Below are positions 7,962 through 14,836 of a stretch of 21,319 bases of DNA, piece after piece; the first letter of the stretch is position 1, and each line of letters begins with the position of its first letter. The position numbers and the translations under genes are program-made. Origin of the DNA: an uncultured bacterium. GTDB taxonomy: Bacteria > Schekmanbacteria > GWA2-38-11 > J061. The stretch is taken from contig CAZJVM010000043.1 in NCBI GenBank assembly GCA_964549305.1, positions 1-21,319 on the forward strand. The letters are read 5' to 3'. The notes beneath the pieces are model-generated. The model searched no databases, had not been told where the DNA came from, and saw only the letters and a list, made by a program, of their open reading frames with translations.

Positions 7962-8978
7962 ATGAAAAAAATATTATCATTTATTGCAATCATACTAATT
8001 ATCTTCTGTGTAATTGGGATAGCAGTTAATGAGTCTTCTGCCCTAACCTACGACTTCATACCTATTAATGACCTTCCGGGCGGGACTGGAAATTTTATGC
8101 CTTACGGAATAAATGACAACGGACAGATTGTCGGCAGAGACAATTTAGAGGGAAAAAGTTTTCTTTATGATTTCAATACGGCTTCCTATTCGTGGATAAT
8201 ACATCCTGACTCTAAAAATTACGGCGGTTATAACTATACTAATGCTTACGGGATAAACAATGATGGGATTGTGTCCGGATATTATGGTTCAAAAACCCTC
8301 GGTGGAGACCGTGGTATGTTTTACGACTCAAACACTGACACATACAGCACATTTCAGAATGCTGCACCCGGCTCAGTCTGGACAGACGGATATGGAATAA
8401 ACGAGCTCGGTGAAACCGTAGGAAGAAGCCACGGTTCCGGTGCATATAAGTCTGACGGAACAACATTTACTGACCTTACCAATTATCCGGGATATCCGTG
8501 GGGTGCCGCCAACACTCTACCCTATGATGTAAATGATACAGGTCTTGTAGTAGGGATTTTCGAAGCTTGGCGATTTTATCCGGGTGAAAATATTCAGAGT
8601 GTCCTATACGATTCCTTTAGCCAGACATATGACGAAATAAGACATCCCGGAAGTACCTCAACATATCTTTATAACATTAACAATAGTAATACTGCCGTTG
8701 GAAATTACTCTTCAGATTTTGAATCAACATTTCACGGAATACTTTATGATTCTGACAACACCGCCTTTTATACTGTTGACTATACAGGAGCATCGAAGAC
8801 AACAATTTACGGCATTAACAATAACAACTGGATTGTAGGTTTTGCTTCAGGCGGAACAGCAGGATGGGGAAAAGGTTTTGTCGGAATTCCTCAAACTGAA
8901 CCGGTCCCTGAACCATCATCGTTTTTGCTCCTAATATCAGGCATTGCCGTAGTGATTAACATTCGGAAAAAAAATTGA
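7962..8978 (+). CDS. PEP-CTERM sorting-domain surface protein with HAF-like extracellular repeats
   Basis: AGGAG SD; signal peptide; six YGINxxGxxVG-type repeats; C-terminal VPEPSS + hydrophobic helix (FLLLISGIAVVINI) + RKKN. Confidence 0.93.
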   Translation: MKKILSFIAIILIIFCVIGIAVNESSALTYDFIPINDLPGGTGNFMPYGINDNGQIVGRDNLEGKSFLYDFNTASYSWIIHPDSKNYGGYNYTNAYGINNDGIVSGYYGSKTLGGDRGMFYDSNTDTYSTFQNAAPGSVWTDGYGINELGETVGRSHGSGAYKSDGTTFTDLTNYPGYPWGAANTLPYDVNDTGLVVGIFEAWRFYPGENIQSVLYDSFSQTYDEIRHPGSTSTYLYNINNSNTAVGNYSSDFESTFHGILYDSDNTAFYTVDYTGASKTTIYGINNNNWIVGFASGGTAGWGKGFVGIPQTEPVPEPSSFLLLISGIAVVINIRKKN

Positions 8979-9055
8979 TTCTTTCCCCTTTTTTAATCCA
9001 CATTCCCCATATGTTGCAAAGTGTGGTGTCTGTTGTTTTTTTTAACTTTATCCTC

Positions 9056-9082
9056 TTGACAAATCCATTAAAGAAATATAAT
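9056..9082 (+). promoter_or_regulatory. Putative sigma-70 promoter of rplM-rpsI
   Basis: TTGACA (9056-9061) and TATAAT (9077-9082), but only a 15-nt spacer. Confidence 0.45.
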
Positions 9083-9129
9083 AAGTGCCTCTCTATTTTG
9101 TTTATTTAATTTTAAAAGAGTGGTGGAAA

Positions 9130-9579
9130 ATGATTAAAGCACAATCAACATTCAATGCAAAAAAAGAAAATATTGAAAGAAAATGGTTTGTCGTTGATGC
9201 CGAAGGCAAGATTTTGGGCAGAATGGCATCGCAAATAGCGACAATCCTTATGGGAAAGCACAAACCTACATATACCCCTTTCGTTGATACAGGAGACTTT
9301 GTAGTTGTAATAAACGCGGAAAAGATAGTTCTTTCGGGTAAAAAGTTGGATGACAAAATGTATTACCGCCATAGCGGATGGATTGGCGGCCTGAAGGAAA
9401 TGAACGCAAAGGATATGCTTAAAAAACACCCCGAAGACATTGTGCGTCTTGCCGTAAAACGGATGCTTCCAAAAACAAAGCTTGGAAACGCAATGATTAA
9501 AAAACTAAAGGTGCACGTCGGTTCCGAACATCCTCACAAGGCACAGACACCTGAACCTCTTGAATTCAATAAAGCTTAA
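9130..9579 (+). CDS. rplM: 50S ribosomal protein L13
   Basis: [49 protein letters not shown]. Start moved from the ORF-track GTG at 9085 to ATG 9130. Confidence 0.97.
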   Translation: MIKAQSTFNAKKENIERKWFVVDAEGKILGRMASQIATILMGKHKPTYTPFVDTGDFVVVINAEKIVLSGKKLDDKMYYRHSGWIGGLKEMNAKDMLKKHPEDIVRLAVKRMLPKTKLGNAMIKKLKVHVGSEHPHKAQTPEPLEFNKA

Positions 9580-9593
9580 AGGAGTATAACACT

Positions 9594-9986
9594 TTGGAAA
9601 ATAATACTTTTTATGCCACGGGCAAAAGAAAAACCTCAGTTGCGAGGGTTTGGCTCAAACCCGGCAACGGCACAATTCAGGTCAACAAAAGGACTATTGA
9701 AGACTACTTTCCGAGAGAAGCTCTCAAATCGACTGCTTTAAGCCCTCTTCAGTTTCTTGCCGACAGGGAAAACTTCAATATAATGATTACCGTCAACGGC
9801 GGTGGTATTTCCGGTCAGGCAGGCGCCATAAGGCACGGAATCGCAAAAGTGCTTTTGGGACTTGATTCCAGCATTCGCGGAAAGCTCAAAAAAGAAGGAA
9901 TGCTAACGAGAGACCCGCGTCAGGTTGAAAGAAAGAAATACGGTCAGCCAAAAGCAAGAAAGAAATTCCAGTTCTCGAAGCGTTAA
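9594..9986 (+). CDS. rpsI: 30S ribosomal protein S9
   Basis: ATGKRKTSVARV, GGGISGQAGAIRHG, LTRDPRQVERKKYG, QFSKR; TTG start with AAGGAG SD. Confidence 0.98.
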   Translation: MENNTFYATGKRKTSVARVWLKPGNGTIQVNKRTIEDYFPREALKSTALSPLQFLADRENFNIMITVNGGGISGQAGAIRHGIAKVLLGLDSSIRGKLKKEGMLTRDPRQVERKKYGQPKARKKFQFSKR

Positions 9987-10034
9987 AAACGTTTCAAATT
10001 CAGGAAGCCGGCATTTTTTCAAGACGCCATCCTC

Positions 10035-10898
10035 TTATCCGAATACAACTGTTTTTCGTCCTTTGACGAATATGCGGTGTTCCGTGTGAAGTCGCAATGC
10101 CTGTGCAAGGACCAATCTCTCGAGGTCGCGCCCTTTTCTCTTGAGGTCTTCAACGGAATCCTTATGGGAAATGCGCACTATGCCCTGCTCGATAATCGGT
10201 CCTTCATCAAGGTGTTCGGTTACATAGTGACTTGTGGCGCCGATAAGTTTTACGCCTCTTTCAAATGCCTGTTTGTATGGATTCCCTCCGGCAAAGGCAG
10301 GAAGAAATGAATGATGGATATTTATTATCTTTTCCCTGTACTCATCTAAAAGAATGGGAGTGACTATCTGCATATATCTGGCAAGAACTATTGTATCAAT
10401 CTTGTACAGGGAAAGAAGTTCAAGTTCTTTCTTTTCCTGCTCCTTTTTGTTTTCCTTCGTAACGGGAAAACAGTAAAAGGGAATGCCGTAGTTATCGGCA
10501 AGAGTCTTCAGGTCTTCGTGATTTGAAATAATCAGGGGAATTTCGATATTGAATTCGCCTATGCTGTATCTCCAGAGAATCTCCTGAAGGCAGTGGTCGT
10601 ATTTTGAAACAAAAATCGCTGTTTTGGTTCTTTCAGCAGCAAACTTTATTTTCCATTTAGCTTTACATTCTTCCGCTACAGGCGCAAAAGCACTCTTTAA
10701 CGAATCCATATCGCTATTCGCTTTTTCCTCTTCCCATAAAATGCGGATGTAGAAATGTCCCTCGTCTGTATCAACGTGCTCATCAAGGTCAACGATGTTT
10801 CCGTTCCTTTCCGAAATGAATCCTGAAATATTTGAAACCAACCCCCTTGTGTCAGGGCAATGCAAAAGAAGGACAATTTTCTGTTTTTCATCAGTCAT
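10035..10898 (-). CDS. purU: Formyltetrahydrofolate deformylase
   Basis: ACT domain (CPDTRGLV), VSKYDHCL, VLARYMQI, INIHHSFLPAF.G.NPY, GVKLIGATSHYVT, LDEGPIIEQ. ATG 10898 with GGAGA SD preferred over 10913. Confidence 0.96.
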   Translation of the reverse strand: MTDEKQKIVLLLHCPDTRGLVSNISGFISERNGNIVDLDEHVDTDEGHFYIRILWEEEKANSDMDSLKSAFAPVAEECKAKWKIKFAAERTKTAIFVSKYDHCLQEILWRYSIGEFNIEIPLIISNHEDLKTLADNYGIPFYCFPVTKENKKEQEKKELELLSLYKIDTIVLARYMQIVTPILLDEYREKIINIHHSFLPAFAGGNPYKQAFERGVKLIGATSHYVTEHLDEGPIIEQGIVRISHKDSVEDLKRKGRDLERLVLAQALRLHTEHRIFVKGRKTVVFG

Positions 10899-10924
10899 AT
10901 TTCTCTCCGGCAATAATCGCGGTT

Positions 10925-12040
10925 TTACATTATATATCTTCGTCCGCCGACACTCAGAATAATCCCTATTGATGCCATAGTTGAAACCATCGACGACCCA
11001 CCGTAACTGAAAAGCGGCAACGGAATTCCCACAACGGGCATAAGCCCTATAACCATAGATATGTTAACAATTACCTGAAAAAGCAGGAACGCGGAAATGC
11101 CGAATGAAAGGAGTGCCCCGCACTTGTCCCGTGCGTCAAGGGATACTTTGAGACATAGGAAAATAAGGGAAATAAAAAGCCCTAAAAGGATAACGACTCC
11201 CATAAATCCCCATTCTTCGGCAAAAACGGAAAAGATAAAATCCGTATGACTTTCGGGAAGAAACTTTAGCTGTCCCTGGCTTCCGTGTAGAAATCCCTTC
11301 CCCAATAAGCCGCCCGACCCTACGGCAATTTTCGATTGTATGATATTGTATCCGCTTCCGAGGGGGTCTGCCTCGGGATTAAAAAGCGTCATAATTCTTC
11401 CCCTCTGATAATCTTCGAGGAAAAACCACATAATGCCGGAGCTCGTAAGAAGCGTTATTGCCCCATAAATATAGACCTTTCTCTGCAGTCCCGCGGCAAA
11501 AAGATAGCAAACAAGAATCACCCCAACGGAAATAGCAGTTCCAAGGTCCGGTTGAAGAATTATGAGAAACGCCGGAAGCCCCGCTATCGCTAAGGGATAA
11601 AATACCTCCGAAAAAGTTAGAGGTTCTCCCGTCCGAAAATCAGAAATAAATCTCGACAACACGATTATTGTGGCAATCTTTATAAACTCCGAGGGCTGAA
11701 TATTTATCCCTGCGAGGGAAATCCATCTTCTGGATCCCGACTTTACATCTCCTGCGACAAGAACAAGGAAAAGAAGTATAAAGGAGACAAAATAGATGAC
11801 ATAGGCATATCTGACTATGATTCGGTAATCGAAGAATATGAGGAAAACCATTACTCCGAATCCGATTAGAAACCAGAGAAGCTGTTTTTTCCAGTATGAC
11901 TGCGCGGCTATAAAAAAGTTTTCACCGTAGAATTCGGGATAATAGCAGGAACTGTAAATCGTAGCGATGCCGATAACCGACAGAGCAGTTGTTAACAGGA
12001 GAATTCTCCACTCAAGATTGCTTAAAATGTCTTTAAACAA
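10925..12040 (-). CDS. rodA: Rod shape-determining SEDS protein RodA
   Basis: Multi-TM; GSRRWI, QPSEFIK, QPDLGT, DPLGSGYNIIQSKIAVGSGG, FLPESHTDFIF, PVVGIPLPLFSYGGSS, which fit RodA better than FtsW. Confidence 0.92.
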   Translation of the reverse strand: MFKDILSNLEWRILLLTTALSVIGIATIYSSCYYPEFYGENFFIAAQSYWKKQLLWFLIGFGVMVFLIFFDYRIIVRYAYVIYFVSFILLFLVLVAGDVKSGSRRWISLAGINIQPSEFIKIATIIVLSRFISDFRTGEPLTFSEVFYPLAIAGLPAFLIILQPDLGTAISVGVILVCYLFAAGLQRKVYIYGAITLLTSSGIMWFFLEDYQRGRIMTLFNPEADPLGSGYNIIQSKIAVGSGGLLGKGFLHGSQGQLKFLPESHTDFIFSVFAEEWGFMGVVILLGLFISLIFLCLKVSLDARDKCGALLSFGISAFLLFQVIVNISMVIGLMPVVGIPLPLFSYGGSSMVSTMASIGIILSVGGRRYIM

Positions 12041-12064
12041 TAACCTTTACCTTTTATTATTATA

Positions 12065-13054
12065 TCACTTATTGAAAATAGCTTCCACAAAGGCCTTTCC
12101 GTTAAAGGGCTGAAGACTCTCTATGTCTTCCCCCACTCCCACAAATTTTACTGGCACGCCCGTATCGAGAGCGACTGAAATAATTATTCCGCCCTTCGCG
12201 GTGCCGTCAAGTTTCGTCATAATTACACCTGTAAGACCAACGGTATCCTGAAACATCTTCGCCTGACTCAAGGCGTTCTGCCCCGTTGTGGCGTCGATTA
12301 CAAGAATGATTTCGTGTGGCGCGCCGGGAAGCGCTTTATCAACTACTCTTTTCATCTTCTTAAGCTCTTCCATCAGGTTCTTCTTGACGTGCATTCTTCC
12401 GGCAGTATCTATTATGAGTATATCCACGTTTCTCGAAAGTGCCGCCTTTACGGAATCATAGGCGACCGACGAAGGATCGGCGCCTTCCTTTCCGCCTATT
12501 ACTTCCACGCCTGACCTTTCACCCCATATTCCAAGCTGTTTGTCCGCGGCAGCCCTGAAGGTATCTCCCGCGGCAAGCATAACCTCTTTCCCCTCCTTCA
12601 GAAAACGGGAAGCGAGTTTTCCTATGGTTGTCGTTTTGCCAACACCGTTGACTCCTACTACCATTATCACATGGGGGGTGTTCGTGCATTCGATTACGCC
12701 CTCGTATTGGGAAAGCATCTCTGCGAGCTTGTCGCAAATATATTTTTTAACCACCTGTTCATCCTTCACATTTTCCATAAGGACATATTCGCGCAACTCC
12801 TCAACAAGCTTTGCCGCCGTGAAAGCTCCAATATCCGAAAGCACGAGGACTTCTTCAAGCTCTTCAAAAAAGTCTTCGTCAATGGCTCTTCCCGGCAAAA
12901 ATATACTCTCAAATTTTGAGCTTATTTCACGCTGTGTTTTCCTGAGCCCCTTTTTAAGGCGCCCCCATAAACCGTTTTCTTCCGAATCAGCGGCGGACAA
13001 AATATTTCCATTTTCTTCTTCTTTATCATTATTTCCGAATATTCTTTTTAACAT
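12065..13054 (-). CDS. ftsY: Signal recognition particle receptor FtsY
   Basis: GVNGVGKTTTIGKLA, DTFRAAA, DTAGR, DATTGQNA, TKLDGTAKGG; ATG at 13054 (TTG at 13057 also possible). Confidence 0.97.
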   Translation of the reverse strand: MLKRIFGNNDKEEENGNILSAADSEENGLWGRLKKGLRKTQREISSKFESIFLPGRAIDEDFFEELEEVLVLSDIGAFTAAKLVEELREYVLMENVKDEQVVKKYICDKLAEMLSQYEGVIECTNTPHVIMVVGVNGVGKTTTIGKLASRFLKEGKEVMLAAGDTFRAAADKQLGIWGERSGVEVIGGKEGADPSSVAYDSVKAALSRNVDILIIDTAGRMHVKKNLMEELKKMKRVVDKALPGAPHEIILVIDATTGQNALSQAKMFQDTVGLTGVIMTKLDGTAKGGIIISVALDTGVPVKFVGVGEDIESLQPFNGKAFVEAIFNK

Positions 13055-13098
13055 CAAAATCCTTTCCCTGTTTTATCTGTCATTCAAAGTTTCTTCCA

Positions 13099-14241
13099 TC
13101 ATTTCTCTTTAAGATACTTCCCCATTCTTTTCATCCCTTTCCTGATATTCTCTATGGAATTGGAATATGAAAAGCGTATATAGCCCTCGCCGTTCGAACC
13201 GAAATCGACCCCCGGAGTCACCGCGACTCCGGCTTTCTCGAGAAGGTCAAAGGCAAACTTATAGGAATCGGAAGTAAATTTTTTTGCGTTTGCAAAGATA
13301 TAAAAAGCCCCCGTCGGTTCACTGGTAATCCCGAAACCGAGTTTCTTCAAAGCTTCGATAACAAATATTCTCCTCATGTTAAAAACCCTAACCATCTTCG
13401 CGATATCTTCATCGGCAGATTTCAAAGCGCTTATGGCGGCGCTTTGGGCAAATGACGACGCCGAGATAAAAAGATTCTGCTGAAGTTTCTGCATGGGACG
13501 TATGAACTTCTCAGGAGCTATCACATATCCGAGACGCCATCCTGTCATCGCGTAAAGCTTGGAAAATCCGTTAACGACAAACGCTTTGTCGGTGAATTCG
13601 AGCATACTGCGCTCTTTGCCTTCATAAACAAGACCGTGATATATCTCGTCGGATATTACATATGGTCCCAATGAAGCGATTTTTTCCAGAACATCTGCAC
13701 CCAAAACAATTCCCGTTGGATTCGACGGAGAATTAACGATTACGCATTTGGCTTTTGAATCAATCTTCTTTCGGATTTCCGAAATATCCGGTTCAAATCC
13801 CTCTTCTTCGCGAAGGGGGAAAAAAACGGGTGTACCGCCCACAAACCTTACGAAATTGGGATAGCAGGGATAATAAGGATTGGACATTACGGCGCTGTCA
13901 CCGGCATTTAAAAGCGCGCCGAAAATCAAAAGCATCGCAGGTGAAGTGCCCGATGTGATTATAATTCTTTCGGGATTTACATCAACGCCGTATTTATCAT
14001 GGTAATGCCCGCTTATCGCTTCACGAAGCTCGGGGACTCCGAGACTGTGCGTGTAGTGAGTTTCGCCTCTGCGTATTGCGTCAATACCTGTTTCAGCGGC
14101 AACGGAAGGCGTATCGAAATCGGGTTCACCCACCTCCAGATGTATGACTTCCCTTCCCTCTTTTTCAAGCTGTTTTGCCCTGTCCAACACATCCATTACA
14201 ATGAAAGGGGTAATGCCCGTTATTCTGTCCGATATACCCAT
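13099..14241 (-). CDS. PLP-dependent class I/II aminotransferase (aspartate aminotransferase-like)
   Basis: GEPDFDTP, NSPSNPTG, SDEIY, NGFSKLYAMTGWRLG (PLP lysine), PGVDFG, YIRFSY. Start probably ATG 14241; the ORF extends to 14271. Confidence 0.92.
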   Translation of the reverse strand: MGISDRITGITPFIVMDVLDRAKQLEKEGREVIHLEVGEPDFDTPSVAAETGIDAIRRGETHYTHSLGVPELREAISGHYHDKYGVDVNPERIIITSGTSPAMLLIFGALLNAGDSAVMSNPYYPCYPNFVRFVGGTPVFFPLREEEGFEPDISEIRKKIDSKAKCVIVNSPSNPTGIVLGADVLEKIASLGPYVISDEIYHGLVYEGKERSMLEFTDKAFVVNGFSKLYAMTGWRLGYVIAPEKFIRPMQKLQQNLFISASSFAQSAAISALKSADEDIAKMVRVFNMRRIFVIEALKKLGFGITSEPTGAFYIFANAKKFTSDSYKFAFDLLEKAGVAVTPGVDFGSNGEGYIRFSYSNSIENIRKGMKRMGKYLKEK

Positions 14242-14398
14242 AGATTCTCTTTGCGTAAATAGTTTCCGCAAATCGTGAAGATAATTAATATAAAAAACTG
14301 TTTATCCGAAACGGGAAGAAGTCAAATTACTATTTTTTGCCTGCTTAAATGTATATAACGCAGAATCAGAATAAAAACAACATTAGTGAAAAAAGGAG

Positions 14399-14415
14399 TG
14401 TCGGTTTTTCAGACA
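14399..14415. promoter_or_regulatory. Putative sigma-54 activator binding site (UAS1, peptide/lipoprotein unit)
   Basis: TGTCGGTTTTTCAGACA = TGT-N11-ACA; near-identical to 7725-7741. Confidence 0.75.
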
Positions 14416-14430
14416 CAATTATTCTTTATT

Positions 14431-14443
14431 ATTCAATGAGTTA
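14431..14443 (+). promoter_or_regulatory. IHF-like site between UAS1 and UAS2
   Basis: ATTCAATGAGTTA, 32 nt after the UAS1 start, the same offset as in the PEP-CTERM promoter. Confidence 0.5.
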
Positions 14444-14460
14444 CACGATTCTAAAAAAAA

Positions 14461-14477
14461 TGTCGGTTTTTTGAACA
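14461..14477. promoter_or_regulatory. Putative sigma-54 activator binding site (UAS2, peptide/lipoprotein unit)
   Basis: TGTCGGTTTTTTGAACA = TGT-N11-ACA; one difference from 7790-7806; 62 bp from UAS1. Confidence 0.75.
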
Positions 14478-14561
14478 GTTTTATAAAATTGCCGCATTGA
14501 AATTGTGCAAAAAAAATATATATTTAGATATATAAGTAGCAGATTTAACACACTGTAAAAT

Positions 14562-14578
14562 TTGGCATAGAAATTGCT
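14562..14578 (+). promoter_or_regulatory. Sigma-54 (-24/-12) promoter
   Basis: TTGGCATAGAAATTGCT: GG (14564-14565)-N10-GC (14576-14577), close to the TGGCAC-N5-TTGCW consensus. Confidence 0.85.
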
Positions 14579-14631
14579 TGGAGTTATGGATAATCAGGAG
14601 ACTGAAACCAAATCGGGGGATTTGACTAAAG

Positions 14632-14787
14632 ATGAGTAAAAAAGATTTTGATAAGAAACCTGTAGAAGATAAAGAGAAAAGGAAGAAGCCATATTCTGAG
14701 CCAAAGATTACTTCCCATAAACCTCTGAAAAAAATCACGCTTATTACATCAACTCAAAATGTGCCGGGTGGCGCGTTTTTTTCCTAA
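14632..14787 (+). CDS. Small 51-aa protein with lasso/RRE-type leader motif (putative RiPP-like precursor); not in the ORF track
   Basis: Manual translation MSKKDFDKKPVEDKEKRKKPYSEPKITSHKPLKKITLITSTQNVPGGAFFS*; GGGGGA SD at 14615-14620; first plausible ORF downstream of the sigma-54 promoter. Confidence 0.7.
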   Translation: MSKKDFDKKPVEDKEKRKKPYSEPKITSHKPLKKITLITSTQNVPGGAFFS

Positions 14788-14836
14788 ACACCCGAGTATT
14801 TTTCTCTTTTATCAAACTAAAAAGGTTTTCTCTTCA

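Noticed and set aside
9085-9129. N-terminal extension of L13 in the ORF track
   Set aside because: Begins right at the putative -10 element; L13 similarity starts near ATG 9130.
14586-14639. 17-aa ORF MDNQETETKSGDLTKDE overlapping the start of the 51-aa peptide
   Set aside because: Its ATG and SD lie at or upstream of the predicted sigma-54 TSS (about 14589), and it has no recognisable motif.
14632-14787. Calling the small peptide a true lasso peptide
   Set aside because: The predicted core has no Asp/Glu acceptor at positions 7-9, and no cyclase or peptidase is adjacent.
14759-14836. ORF-track N-terminal extension of the lipoprotein (MCRVARFF...)
   Set aside because: Overlaps the peptide ORF in another frame and would put the lipobox too far from the start; ATG 14837 fits better.
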